Assembly: GCF_006345805.1 (NCBI RefSeq)
Contig: NC_042998.1
Span: 91,202,001-91,266,000 of the forward strand
Origin: Octopus sinensis
Lineage: Eukaryota
Direction: 5' to 3'
Length of the DNA stretch: 64,000 nucleotides
Notes under the pieces: model-generated
Databases searched by the model: none
Told to the model about the DNA's origin: nothing
The model's input: the letters and a program-made list of their open reading frames with translations, nothing else
Shown here: positions 13,480 through 27,489 of the stretch, piece after piece
Layout: every line of letters begins with the position of its first letter
Position numbering within the stretch: position 1 is the first letter of the stretch
Position numbers and translations under genes: made by a program

Positions 13480-13638
13480 TTGGCCATGCCTTGAAGAGTT
13501 TTTGGTTGAATGAACTGACTCCAGTACATTTTGTGAAACCTGGTTCTTATTCTACCGATCTCTTTTGCTAAACCGCTAATGTTACGGGGATGTAAGCACA
13601 CCAACACCTGTTGTCAAGCGGCGGTGATGGAGGACAAA

Positions 13639-13680
<42 letters not shown>

Positions 13681-13852
13681 ACGCGCACGTACATATATAC
13701 GATTGGCTTCTTTCAGTTTCCATCTGCCAAAATCCACTCACAAGGCTTTGGTCCTTCCAAGGCTATAGCACAAGACACCTTCCCATGGTGTCACGCAGTG
13801 GGACTGAACTCGGAACCATGTGGTTGGGAAGCAAACTCTTTACCACACAGCC
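13480..13852 (-). mobile_element. CORE-like SINE with internal (CA)n
   Basis: Same family as 2570-2905 (cacgcagtgggactgaac...accatgtggttgggaagc). Confidence 0.7.
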
Positions 13853-14005
13853 CATGTACAAAAAAAAAAATATGCATAAAAAATGCCTTTGTTATTTATT
13901 TTTTGTTTATGTCTTCAATACCGTCGTAGCTTTTTTTCGTTTTGATATATTTTCCCGTTGTCTTCAAACACACCTTTTTACTGTTCGGTCTATAGACGCC
14001 GTCTT

Positions 14006-14007
<2 letters not shown>

Positions 14008-14045
<38 letters not shown>

Positions 14046-14104
14046 CATCATCATTATTATATTTATCATCATCATCATCATCATCATCATTATTATCATT
14101 ATTA

Positions 14105-14154
<50 letters not shown>

Positions 14155-14155
14155 T
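14008..14155. repeat. (ATT)n/(ATC)n microsatellite
   Basis: Directly visible. Confidence 0.95.
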
Positions 14156-14475
14156 TGTACTTGTCTTGTTCTATTCTTCATGTTCGCCATCCAATATTAT
14201 CAATAAAGTGTCGAAATTGGGATGACTTTTGGTCGATAACTTATGAGGGATGAACATGTCCACGTCCTTTGTGTCTTTCTGTGAAACATTTACACACCAT
14301 ACATACATACATACATACATACATACATACATACATACATACATACATACATACATACATACATGCATGCATGCATGCATATATTTCCTGACCTGTGATA
14401 TCAAAGCCTATTGAATTGAAAAGTACGTCGGTTTCCATGACGTTTAACTGATATTACAAGATACCCACTAAACGG

Positions 14476-14681
14476 AGTGTTTTGATCTGAGATCGTGTGT
14501 TGAAACTAAAGCGATTGACGCATGAAAGACTTAAGTTAGCCATTCAGAAACAAACACTTAACTTCACTTAAATAAATGTTTACATGAAGTTGACAGTCTT
14601 TGTGTGTTTCTGAATGGCTAACTTAAGTCTTCCACGCTGCAATCACTTTAGTTTCAATATATGATCTTAGACCAAAACACT
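14476..14681. mobile_element. Diverged palindromic element related to 49332-49653
   Basis: agtgttttgatctgagatcgtg...agccattcagaaac is mirrored by gtttctgaatggct...gatcttagaccaaaacact; similar to 49349-49440. Confidence 0.65.
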
Positions 14682-16961
14682 TACTTTACAGGTACATCTG
14701 CGTTCTTGAAAACATAAAAGGCAAAGTCGACATCAGCAGGATTTGAACTCAGAACATAAAGAATTCGATAAGGTATGTTTTCCAACACTCTAACAGTTCA
14801 GCCAACCAGCTACCTTTAGGTACAAATTTGGCTCTGCACTTAAGTACTAACTAGGGTCTTCATATCATCAACATTGAATTTCGGTGCTATGAGGATAATG
14901 CTGTCAATGTGGTTGTAATTAATTAATCAATTAATATAAGACTCGAACCTGCACTAGCACCTTTTTTCTCAAGAAGATTTTATTTTGTACCTCTTTACTT
15001 CCTTGAGCTGAAACTACTTTTATTTCTGAAGCTAATACAAGATATTGCAATACCTGTCTGTTCGCAGTTAATACATATAAGATTCATATGACAACGCTTG
15101 AGAGCATAAATATCACAGCGAGTTTACTTCAAGTAATTAGGCCGTTACCACTTTCCACTAATCTTAATCAGCAATTGTCTTTCAAGGTCTAAGTGCGGAG
15201 TATTTAGTACGCATATCGTTTTCCACGTTGATTACCGTAAAGAATGCACAAATTCTTACTTTTGTGCTGACTCGAAATTAGTAACACAGTCTCTAAAGCC
15301 AGAAATACGTGTTATGTTAAGCACCCTCAGATAAAATCTCTCATTAAACACAACTTACAGAGTTATTTTATTTCTAAACGAACACATTCATATTCAGGAA
15401 TAAATAAATAAACAAATAAACAAAATTTAATAAACACATTAATGGTTCGTTGATGTTTATCGATCTTGGCATTGATCTAATTATTAAACTGCAATGGAGG
15501 TCAGAAAGGCAAATAGAGACAAGACACATTTTGAAATAAAACGGTATATCTACCACCATCCTACCACAAACAGAAAAAAATCTCCATAATTTCCTCTTTT
15601 TACATTGAAGAAGTGGCTACGGAACATACAGTTACTATATTCATTTCTCGAGATTCAGTAGAAATATCAAATGATTTTGTTGACATCAAAATTGTCACTT
15701 CTGACACATTATGACATCATTGTTAACCCATCTGCGTCATTTGTTGACCCCATCACAATTTATTATCAAATACTAATAAAGAAGACATAAACTGATAAAA
15801 GATCTCACTGGACCATTAAATTAATGATTATAATTCCGAAAATATATGTAAAAAAACCCCCAAATATTTTAGAACAAACCCACAGAAAACAGTTAATGGT
15901 TTGTGATTTAGGCACAAGGCTAGAAATTTTAAGAAAGAAGAATGTTAATCGGTACCATTTACCGCAGAATTAAACTGGTACTTATTTTATCGACCCCAGA
16001 TGGATGAAAAGTAAAGGTGATCTTGCGTCAGGATTTGAACTTAACGTAAAGAACCAAAACGAACGCTGTAAAACGTTTTCTTCCTACGCTCTGACGATTC
16101 AGCCAACTTACCGCCTTCTGCCACTACATAAATAATAGGAAATCCCAGTAATTTACAATATTCACTGAAAGGATTATTGTGAGGGTGTTTTAACGGAAAA
16201 TATTTATTCAAGCGTAAAATAAAGTATAGAATAAGTTCATTCACCGTGAAAAGAAGTGATTTCTGATATTTTAAATACGGGTCCTGGCTCTTCACAGTCA
16301 TGTCTCTTCACAGCATACAAACTTCTTTTCATTTCTTTTTTTCTCACGATAGTCTATCACAAATTTCCTAGGAATCTAGTTTATTTTTTATTCTTAATTT
16401 ATTTCGGAACAAAACAACAGAAGTGTGGGAGTGGGAGGAATAATCCAAACATACACTAAGACTTTCAGAGGAAAAGCCCAAACGAGCTTACTAACAACAT
16501 ATACTATATACATGAGATATACCCTAGAGGTACACTGTAATTTCAACTTCTCGTAACAGTGCTACGTACTCCAACCAAATACTGCCACATTCTCAAAAAC
16601 GTACTCAGCAGTAAATCCCACCAACGTAACAATCTGTACCCAAAGCAACAATCAACTCGTAAAACGACTCCCAAATCGGCAAACATCTAAGTACAGTTTG
16701 TAAAATAACATCAGAAGGAACAAAGACGTCTACGATCAATTCTACCGTAGATCTAGGTATAGATATTGCTGTGTGGCTAACAAGTTCGCTTCTGAAACAT
16801 GTGGTACCAGATTCGATCCCACTTCGTGGAACTTTGGGCAAGTATATTCTTTAGTAGCCAGGGGTTGACTAATTCTTTGTGAGTGTAATTAATGGCTGGA
16901 AAATGTGTAGAAAACTAGTCGCATTTTAGGAAATGTAACCCACATACACGTACAATGACAA

Positions 16962-17065
16962 TTGGAGTTTAATATCTCTGTTGAGGATCTTCTATCAGAT
17001 AAATATGAAATAATTTATTTCTGATTATCTGAAATAAACTCTTCAACAGAGATATCAAACTCCGA
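16962..17065. repeat. Short inverted repeat with a nested hairpin
   Basis: ttggagtttaatatctctgttgagga / tcttcaacagagatatcaaactccga, enclosing tttatttc...gaaataaa. Confidence 0.7.
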
Positions 17066-17162
17066 AGTTTATATACTAAACTTCACCGTAAAATGACACT
17101 TTCATGCTTGATGTGGTAGACAGGGAATTTGAATTTAATTAAACATTGAATGTAGTGGAACG

Positions 17163-17210
17163 CTAGTCTGACTCGTAGCAACAACTCTAGTCTGACTCGT
17201 AGCAACAACT
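17163..17210. repeat. Perfect 24 bp tandem duplication
   Basis: CTAGTCTGACTCGTAGCAACAACT x2. Confidence 0.9.
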
Positions 17211-17253
17211 CCAGATATGTTACGGTCTAAGATCTCACTAGCGAAGCATAATC

Positions 17254-17430
17254 GGATCTTTTCGGTTTGAACGGCAGTTTTTTAAAATAATTTCCACGTA
17301 ACTAAACACTTTTAAACTTCGTATACTGGTAGAATGTGTTTATAAAACATCTTTTTCTCTCGGCTTTATTGAGAAAATTCTATAGTTTGTAAGATATTTG
17401 TTGTTTTTTTTCTTCAATTTCTGCAATTTC
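17254..17430 (+). mobile_element. Terminal fragment of the foldback MITE family of 58380-59106
   Basis: ggatcttttcggtttgaacggcag...aaacttcgtatactggtagaatgtg. Confidence 0.8.
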
Positions 17431-17568
17431 CCCGAAAGGATGAAAGGCAAAGAAGACCGCGGCGGAATTCGAACTCAGAACGTTAAGGCGGACGAAATGC
17501 CACCAAGCATTTCACTCGGAGTGCTAACGATTCTGCCTGTTCGCTGCTTTAAGACGAATTAATGTATT

Positions 17569-17955
17569 GATTTCAAATTTTAGCACAAGGCCAGCAGGTA
17601 TGGGGAAGGGGCTAAGTTGATTACATCGATCCCAGTGCTCAACTGGTATTTATTTTATAGACCTCAAAAGGATGAAAGGCTAGGCTGATCTCGGCAGCAT
17701 TTTGCCCGGCGTGCTAACGATTCTTATTTCTTTATTGCCCACAAGGGGCTAAACATAGAGGGGACAAACAAAGACAGACAAACGGATTAAGTCGATTACA
17801 TTGACCCTAGTGCGTAACTGGTACTTATGTAATCGACCTCGAAAGGATGAAAGGCAAAGTCGACCTCGGTGGAATTTGAACTCAGAACGTAGCGACAGAC
17901 GAAATACCACTAAGCATTTCGCCCGGCGTGCTAACGATTCTGCCAGCTCACCGCC
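17569..17955 (-). mobile_element. Nin/Deu-domain-like SINE (composite) with 21 bp TSD
   Basis: Reverse complement contains ggcggtgagctggcagaatcgttagcacg and gcctttcatcctttcgaggtcgat. Direct repeat tttaagacgaattaatgtatt at 17548-17568 and 17956-17976. Confidence 0.8.
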
Positions 17956-18489
17956 TTTAAGACGAATTAATGTATTAAAGAAGGATTCATGTTGTTTGAG
18001 TAGATGAACTTTATAAAGTTCTATGTAGAGAAGTTTCATATGTGCTAACGATCTTTCCTAGATTTCTCATTCAAGGAATCCTGAAGTATTAAAATTATTG
18101 TTCAGTCATAAAATATTCTTCAAAATTCCAATAAACATGCTGTTTATAGACAAAATATGCTTGTAGTCAAAACTACAGACATATTACTAAGATGAGTCGA
18201 GTGAATGGGATTACAATTTTCACTCTTGTATTCATACGATTTGAACCTAGAGCAAAGATTCTCCAAATTAGATACCAAGAAGCCTTCAGAAGCTTGCCAT
18301 TACATTGTAATTTCAATATTTCGAGTGAACAGAAAACTGAGAGCACCAGATAAAACACCTAGCAGCATTTCTTCTGTCTCTTAAGGCTCTGGGTTCAAAT
18401 CTCGCTAAGCCAAAGTTGCTTTCATTTCTCTGGGGTCGATAAAATAAAGAATCAGTCAGTGACCTACTTGTCGTCATATCCAACAACGC

Positions 18490-18955
18490 CCACTTTTAAG
18501 CAGATGATACGGTATTTCCTTTTTCTCTAACTTTCCCTATCCAAGCATCATCATACGCCAAACCTACATTGATTCAGTAAACGGAGACCTTGAGAGCATC
18601 ATGCATTGGGTCCATACCAACAATGTCTCTTTTACCAGCAAAAAAAAATCACTCAGGTACTAATTATATCCAGAAAATGCTCTTACCTCCCTCATCGGCT
18701 AGAGACCTCACACATTTACTCTAATATGGGCTATGGGTCTCACTATCTCCGAGAATCTCTCCTGGTAAAAGCACATCCTTAACATAAATAACACCAAAGA
18801 CTATCTCTGCTCATTAAGGCCAAATCATATTTTAGTCCCAAGAACAGTTGAAATGAGACCAACTATAAAGCACTACTTCCACATCTTGTACAGTATGCTG
18901 CAACACACTGATATTGCGGACAGAGCCCAGAGAAGAACCATTCGACTGATTGGCG
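18490..18955 (+). pseudogene. Decayed CR1/L2-type LINE reverse transcriptase fragment
   Basis: Manual translation across frameshifts: ADDT, GDLESIMHWVHTNNVSFT, GLTISENLSW*KHI, DRAQRRTIRLIG, the motif order of LINE RT C-terminal regions. Confidence 0.7.
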
Positions 18956-21699
18956 TTTACATCGACCCCAGTGCTCAACAGGTTCTTAATTCATCGACCT
19001 CGAAAGGATGATAGGCAAAGTCGACACGGGGGATTTTGAACTTAAAACATAAAGACGGACGAAATGCTTAAGACATAAAGACGGACGCCCTAACGGTTCT
19101 GCCAGCTCGCTGCTGCCTTCATGCAGAAAGTTATAAAAACAGATAACAATGTCATGGAATGTGTTGGCAATACATTCGCCATTTTGATTATGTTAATTAC
19201 CAGTAACTACGTGAGTGTATTGGCAAGGATAAGCTCTTTAAAATCAACAGTACTTGTTTCAAAAACACTTTATTTTGACAGCAATAACTAAATAGATATT
19301 TACTTTTTACTAGCAACAAAGGTCCTATATTTCGCATACATTATCCAGGGGCATTAATGACTTCAACTTTAAATCGAAACAGCATCGAAGATTCAACATT
19401 CTGAAAGCTTACTTCTAACTTCATCACCCGCAACGAAGAAGCCGTCTGCGTTTATTTTATTTATTTATTATCTATACATATTTTCATATTTATTATTTTT
19501 TCCTGTAATACTCATAAGTAATACCAGACATTATTAAGAATATTGGCTGTTCACCAAGAAACTGCAATGATGCTGCCAAACATCATCAGATAAGCGTATT
19601 TAATAAAAATACAGATTCGTTTATTTCTGAAGACCCGCGTATGATAATCTCATTAAAAAAAGAGGTTTACTTCATGATTGCTATTAATCGTTACAGTTCA
19701 AACATTTGCTTTACTATAATTCATTTTGTGAAACAAGCAGCGATTCAAATAAAAATAGAAAATAGAAATTATCTTACAATGTTCAATGTCACACACACGC
19801 ACACACACATATACACACATATCAGAAAAATTGTAGCATCATTACAGTGTCGGATAGAATGCCTTACGGTGTTCGTGATGAGTCTGCGGTTTTAGTTCAA
19901 ATCCCGTTGAGGTTAACCTCACTTTCATTCTTTTGGGATTGATACATAAGATATTAGTTAAGTTCTAATGCAGCTCTCTGTAATTTCAACTGACAACGTG
20001 GATTCTTCGCCGTATCAAGGCGGGGGGGGGGGCGAGAGGGTGTCTGTGTCTGCAGTCCCTAATAAAAATTAGCGAAAGCACGGTCTATGCTACCAAGTGT
20101 TTATGTTGTATGAATTTTATAGATTATATTTTCGATTTCGTTCCATAGTTAAGATTTACTTCTTGATGTAAAAATACAAGCAATAAAAACATTCAAGACA
20201 GGAGAGGTGATAAGTCTATAACAAAGTTTATAGCTCTAAGAGATATTGCTTCCCGAGACTGCACATTCAATACTCCTTTTGTGGACTTTTACATCAATCA
20301 AAGAATTAAATGCTTCAAAGAAGATATAATTTCAAAAGAAATATATTTCATGGTTCTCTATAAACTTCTACACAGATGTCACTCAACCAAGTTTATGCAC
20401 ATACTCGGACTAGGCAAGAAATAGACAGCCTAAGATGTGGTTAATCGTATAATTGTACCGGTTGCATAACCTGTACCTGATGTTCCATTTTTGTAGTGTT
20501 TGTGGTTAGATATTAGTCCTGTTCTGTTAAAATCAGACCTTTTGTTTTTGCCCAAAGTTTTTTTAACCCTTGTTGAATTTCACACTGACTTGATTCCGCT
20601 GTCGAATCTCGCGATATATTGGCCATGGGGTGGTTTTTCTTTCTATTTTTATTCAATCTATTTTGGAATTCCATTTTGTTTTAGTCCTTTGCTTTAATTA
20701 TCTATGCTACTTTTTTTTGTCAGTATCTGTATCATTTTATTTCTCTAGTCAGTTTTCAGTTTGTATTTTTTTTTCGTTATACATAGAGAAGAATATTTCA
20801 AAATGCTTTTTGATCACACTAATTCGTCTCCATTTACTTGTTTCTAAATATTCTCCAAGCTCCACAGTTGTTTTGTAATAGCCTTCTATTCGTGTCTGGA
20901 CCCACTCTACTTGTGTGTAGGACCGATATATTCCATCTATAATAGCGCAAAGGTGGTGGCTTCTGAACTCTGTTAGTATTTCCTTACTTTTCTGTCTTAA
21001 CTCATAATTCCCTTAGTGCTTTTGGCTTAATTCTCTGATTTCGGTGTCTGAGTCTAATATTCTCAGTTTTAGTTGATTCGCATCTTCTTATAATGGTTTC
21101 GGCAGATTTGTTTGGTCCCTCATTCATTTTTATATCTTGGCTGCCATTTTAGTAGGATTTTCCAACTACATATTGTTATCTGTATACAGGGATAATTTAT
21201 AACCATTAGTGGTTTCGTTCAATAGACTCACTTAGATAGAAGATTAGAAAAAATAATGTGTCTCAATGGAAGATTCATCTCATTAGAAGCATAAGGCTAG
21301 TTTTGGTTATTTCTTAACGCACACTAAGACGTGGAACAATATCTCTTTCATAGGGAGAGGGAGGGCATATGGTTCGTTATGCATTGCTTTCAAAACTGAG
21401 AATGAGGTGGAAGCACAAGTTTAGGAGCAGGAGACCACGGAAGTGGCGAACCTAAGGCAACATTAGGCATCATTTGGCATTCAATTGAAAAGGTCACCTT
21501 GCTCTCGAGAGACTTTCTTCTGACCAAAGGTCATAACCAGAATTGGCAGGAAGGAGAAGATAGAAAAAGAGGACCGATAACAGCAACACTAATAGCGAAT
21601 TTCCCAACAGAGCGGCCGATACCAAAGCTGCCACATCACAGCAGTACTATCCTATTCCCTTCAGAAGATGAGAAACGTATCTTATGTTTCTCGTAAAAA

Positions 21700-21852
21700 T
21701 AATTTGGACAAAATGCTTTGAGGCATTTCGTCCATAGTTCTGTTCCGAGCTCAAATTCCGCTGAGGTTGACTTTACCTTCTATCCTTTGGGGTTGATGTA
21801 ATCTACTTACCTCCTCTCCCGAAATTGCTGGCCTTGTGCCAAAATTTAAAAC

Positions 21853-21921
<69 letters not shown>

Positions 21922-22480
21922 GGTGGTAAGCTTGCAGAATCGCTAGCACGCCAAATAAAATGTTCCGTCTTTACGTTCAGTGTTCGAATTCCGTCGAGAT
22001 TGATTTTTGTCTTTCATCCCTTTCAGGGATCGGTAAGATAAGTTGCAGTTGAACATTAGGGTCAATGCAATCTACTAGTCCCTCCTCCAAAATTTCAGAC
22101 CTTGTTCTGATAGTAAAAAGAATTACAATTTTATTCTTTCAAATTTTAGCACAAGTCCAGAAGATTTAAGGTGAGGGACAAGCCGATTATATTACATCAG
22201 CCTCAGTACTTGATTGGTACATTCCTTTATCGATCTCGAAATGATGAAAGTAAAGTTGACCTCAGCAGTATTTGAACTAAAACCGTAAAGTCGGAAGAAA
22301 CGCTGCTAAACGTTTTGCCCGACAGTATTTCTCATGCTTTTATGGTCTGAGTTGAAATCCCACGGAAGTCAACTTTGTTTTTCATCCTTCGGGGTTGATA
22401 AAATAAGTAACCGGCTAGGTACTGCGGTTGATGTAATCCACTTCCCCCGCTCTAAAAATTGCTGGTCTTGTGCCAAAATT
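21700..22480. mobile_element. Cluster of about four degenerate Nin-like SINE copies with an (ATT)n tail
   Basis: Repeated caaattccg..gaggttgactttacc/tttcatcc..ggg motifs in both orientations. Confidence 0.65.
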
Positions 22481-22933
22481 ATTATTATTTATAACGAAGT
22501 AAAAGATTTTTTTTAAACATCTAAAGCACTTTGAAATACCATAAAGCAAATTCTTAGGAATAATTTTCAAGTACCGTGAAACCGAATTCTATATATAAGT
22601 GTGAAGATGTAGATAGCTGTCTACCTGACATTGCTTGAGAAACTGTTGAATGATAGCACCGTTTTTAAATACAGGAAGAGACGAAAACAACTTTAAATTA
22701 TGTCGTGTTTTTATGTCTTATCTTTTTATATATTGCGTCTTATTTTCTCTTGCTTTAAGCTTGCATTTTCTGCTGCTACATTTTGGCAGTTACAACTGTG
22801 AATAAAATTCTTACGTACAACTTTGTCTGATAAGATAATTTTGAAATAATGAGAGTTTCGGTTGTGATTGAAGGAAAGGCTGGATTCTGTAATTCAAACG
22901 CTTGCGAAATTGGCCCAAACTAAGCCATCCAAA

Positions 22934-23410
22934 TATTAGGTTGTTCCGAAAATAATGGCCGATTTCAGAAACAATTTTATTCTGGAAAAATTAACAATAG
23001 AAATGTTTTGATTAGTCAAAGTATGAGCCGTGAACATCTCTGCGTCTCTGCCATCGATCAACGAGATTAGCTGGATTGGTTGTTATCCGGTGGCTTGACA
23101 TCTGCTGCTAAGGAAGTCTAATAGACTGAAATTCCGTGTTCTGGCAGTTTCAGCGGCCACAACAAACGATTCTCATCAAGTACGATTTTCGTGCTTTTTT
23201 GCACCATGTGCCAATATGAGAGGATCTATCAAGGCTAATACCGCAGTGTTTGGCGTTCTAACAAAACGTCCATGTTAAGTTGGATATAAAGATTGCTTTT
23301 CACTGCTAATACTACTTCCATGGCTCATAATCATTCATTAACTATCTTTCACTCCCACTGAAAAGTTGGAGTGGCCACTCAAGATTAAAACTATATGAAA
23401 TCAGCCACAC
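22934..23410 (-). mobile_element. Internally deleted mariner (Tc1/mariner) remnant
   Basis: TA followed by TIR ttaggttgttccgaaaataatggccgatttc; partial opposite TIR gaaatcagcc (23397-23406). Minus strand 23074-23012 reads PANLVDRWQRRRDVHGSYFD*, resembling the mariner transposase C-terminus. Confidence 0.65.
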
Positions 23411-24361
23411 AGAATTGATATCCTCCTTCGCCGACAATGAGTTTATGTTATGTAGAAAATGTGGATGTGATCATCAGAATCCTTGCGCAGATACGTTTGC
23501 AACTCCGAATTTCTATTGTAACCAACCCATTTCGCTTACGTCACTAATGCTATTAAGGAAGGTATAAAACTCCCTGTTTTTCCTAATCTTAAAAATCACA
23601 GTCTTCATAACTATGTATGAAATCATAAAAGGGAGCGACGTATGGTAGACGCAATATTACCATTATACAGTTTCAACTCGTGGTTGGAGCCAAAGCACTT
23701 CTCTTAAGTCGTTGATGAACTGGAGAAAGGCATGATCGTCAAAACATATCATTTCCTGTTTCCTAACATAAACGATTTCGTGCCAAGTCGAATGAAAGCG
23801 GTACGTGTAAAGTAAAACGTTATGCTTAGACATCTTTTCATGTTGTTCAGTCAGAAACTTGATAGCGTATACGTGAAATGTAAACAAGCTGGAGGTTTTG
23901 AGACTAGAAACTGTTACCTATGTTTGTAACGTTCTACAGATCAGGCAACTATTTATAAGCTCTGACATTTCCAAGGTGGATTTTCACAGAAGTCGACTGA
24001 TATGTGCAACTGTTTTTTACATCTTACACCTACATATATAAGTACCGGTATCAGTAACTGCACTGTTTTGTGAAGTTGGACCAGTTCCAACACGTCTGGA
24101 AACATATGCCCACCCAACATTTCCTGTTACCAACTTTCTTTTAAAATAATGTGAATCTAACTGCATAACTGCATTAAAAAAAATATGTTAACTTAATTTT
24201 ACATATTCTGTATTTCCTGACGAAAATACAAGGAAGTGTTCATCAAAAAGCAATTGTCACTTTTGGCTTGCTAAAAATGATTCACTTAATTCAGCTTCAG
24301 TAAAATATTGTACACATAGTCCTCACACCCGTCTAAAATCAAATTTTACGTACTAATAACT

Positions 24362-24752
24362 CTTTCTACTATAGAGGCCTGGAATTTCTGGAGAGGGCGC
24401 TAGTCAACCACATCGATCTCAATGCTTTGTCCCCGAGAGAATGAGAGGCAAAGTCAATCTTGGCGGAATTTGAACTCAGAACATAAAAACGGACAAAATG
24501 CCGCTAAGCATTTTGCCCGGCTAACGATTCTTATTTCTTTACTGCCCACAAGGGGCTAAACATAGTGGGGACAAACAAAGGGATAAAGTCGATTACATCG
24601 ACCCCAGTGTGTAACTGGTACTTATCTAATCGACCCCGAAAGGATGAAAGGCAAAGTCGACCTCGGCGGAATTTGAACTCAGAACGTAGCGGCAGACGAA
24701 ATACCGCTAAGAATTTCACCTGGCGTGTTAACGTTTCTGCCAGTTCACTGCC
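24362..24752 (-). mobile_element. Nin-like SINE (composite/dimeric)
   Basis: Same family as 17569-17955. Confidence 0.8.
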
Positions 24753-27066
24753 TTTTTGGCGTCCTAATATTTAAATCTTTAAAAGACCTATCTTAGATTT
24801 ACTTTAAAATATCGACTTCTGTAATAAAAATTATTTGTTATTGAAAATGTACCTTAAAAAAAATTCTTAGATAAATTAATGGTCGTTTCTTGGAAATTTT
24901 CCAGAATCTTAAAAGTATAAAAACATTTACCACAGTAAAAATAGTTATGAAATATAAATAAATGTTGATGCATGCTATATTTTAAGTTCAACTAATAGCA
25001 TAGACATGTAAACTTAGAGAGCTCCCTTTCCCTTTTATTGGTTTCAAATTTCCAGACGAAAATTGGCAAACCAGATATCAACAGAAATGTATATATTCTT
25101 CAAATTCTGTTAGCATTTACAACACATTCTAGTCAGATTTCTGAAACGCCGTTTGTCAGGCGATAAGTATGTGTATATAGTAATTAATAAGGTTCTAAAA
25201 AAAATATCTCCATGAGAAGTAAGTCAAGTAATATTGTTTAAAGAACGAAGATATTAATAAAAGACCAAGGAAGTAATGAAATGTGAGATAACTTGAGATA
25301 ACTGACAGGCACTTCTCACTTGCAATGTCTTCTTAATATTCTGACGTTTAAAAAAAAACTGTTTATATTTTTCGCCCATTTAAAGACAGCCTGGATAGAA
25401 TAATCCGACATCATTGCTAGAAATGTGACACAAATTCATTCAAGATTCAGTCTTCGATATCGGAAAAGCAACTAATGGTTATAATACATCTGTAATTCTT
25501 CTCTATGGCCTTTCAAAATATTTAGAAAATGCTTAGAAAATAAACAGATGTTCTTATGCGGCGAGCTCCGCAGAGCAAAATATAAGCTTTTGGTGAAACT
25601 GATTTTTATTGTTGCATTTCGGGAAGGTCATTTTTTTTTTCAAATAAACACACGCACTATATATTCATTCTTCATCACTTCAAATTTATTTTCTTATTTT
25701 ATGTCCTTTGTCTGGAAGTCTTTAGCCACACATCCTGTGACTTCTTCAGTGACTCTCTATTCCACGTGTCTCCTCCTCCTGTTTAGCCCATTTTTATTCA
25801 TTTACGCCAATAATATTTTAGAAAAAAGGCCTGGATGTCATACAGTTTCATTCCATTCTCTTATAATTTTTTCTTGTGCCTGAGTATAAGAAAAGAACCG
25901 ATGTATTATTTGATCCAATAAGCTATTTCAAACCGACCATTTTGTAATACTGAAGTCTTTGAATTCTCCATCTCGATATGTGGATTAATCGTTATGGTGA
26001 CATATAACAGCCGTTTTAAGGTTTGAGCACAATGGATAGTTTTTCGAAGACCTCTCTAGTTTAGAGACCCAACGTTGGTCTATGTATGCCTTGCCTTGCT
26101 GCCAATAAATAGCTGCATGTGCATCAGGGCACTACTTTGTTGAGGGGCCTATAATGCTGGTAAAATACTGTATGCCCTGGCCTACAGATGTTTTTCTTGA
26201 ACACTATTTTAAAATTTAAATGTAATAACCACACTGCTTAGCTCAAAAAGATTCCTGTTAACATTTTCGTTTTTAATCGAGTTTAATACTTTCAACAACC
26301 TTAAATGACAATCATATTCAATTAATTCTACCCGAAGAATGCTATCAAACAACGAATTCAGTATCTAATTATTCAATCAACTAAACTTGCAGCTGATTGA
26401 ATAAGCATGTAAGTGGTTGAGTATTCTACTATTCTACAGACTTGTGTACTTTTAAAGTAATTCTCGGGCAGCATCAGTGAGAATCAGAGAGTGTGATAGA
26501 GTAGTACATTTAAATTACAGCTACAATTCATATGAAGGGCTTCCACACAGTTTCTGCCTTTCCATTTTCCTTTACAAGGCCTAGGTTAACTCGTGTCTGT
26601 GGTAAAAGATATTTACTCAAGGTGCCATGTAGTAGATTAAATCTGGCCACATCGTGGCCACGAAGTAAACTTCTAAACAATTCGACCATAACATACCAAT
26701 AAACATGTTGAAATTAATTTTGGTGCAGATACAGAGGCGACTGTTCAGTAGTTTTAGCTTTGCACATTTTTATGCTTACAATACACATCTGCTATTTGAT
26801 ATGTGATTGCCCTCCCCACCCCTTTTAGTTATTGTGTTTATAATTATTCTGTTTTCGTCTGAGAGGATTTTACCAACACATTATAAACAATCAAGCTACT
26901 AAGTTACAGTTAGTCTGGTGCTTCTCCACTAGATTTGCTCTCTTTCTGTTATGTATTTAAGAGAAAGAGATGTATAGTATGTTTTTAACGCAGCACGTCT
27001 ATTAGAAATTTTATCTCAGATGAAAGCCACATTATCTTGCCTGCTAACGGTATATATATATATATA

Positions 27067-27226
27067 TTTCTGTGTTTTTCTCTCTCTGTGTATCTTTCTG
27101 TTGAAGAGCGTAGGCTCGAAACGTTAAAGATTTGTTTTATTTATATTTCCTGAGCGCCATACTAATACAATTGTTCGTTTGTTTTCCACCTGCCTTCGTC
27201 TTTTGTTATTTTCATAAAGCTTCCCG
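27067..27226 (+). mobile_element. Short HHR-bearing element inserted in (TA)n; second copy at 55220-55394
   Basis: Nearly identical to 55250-55394; ends aaagcttcccg directly before a TA tract. Confidence 0.8.
27092..27131 (+). ncRNA. Minimal hammerhead-like motif, CUGUUGA core variant
   Basis: ATCTTT CTGTTGA A GAGC GTAG GCTC GAAA C GTT AAAGAT. Confidence 0.65.
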
Positions 27227-27340
<114 letters not shown>

Positions 27341-27423
27341 ATATAAATATATATAAATATATATAAAGTATGATACATAGATGGCTATTATAACTTAATG
27401 TATCTTCATTTGCATACACCGAG

Positions 27424-27489
<66 letters not shown>

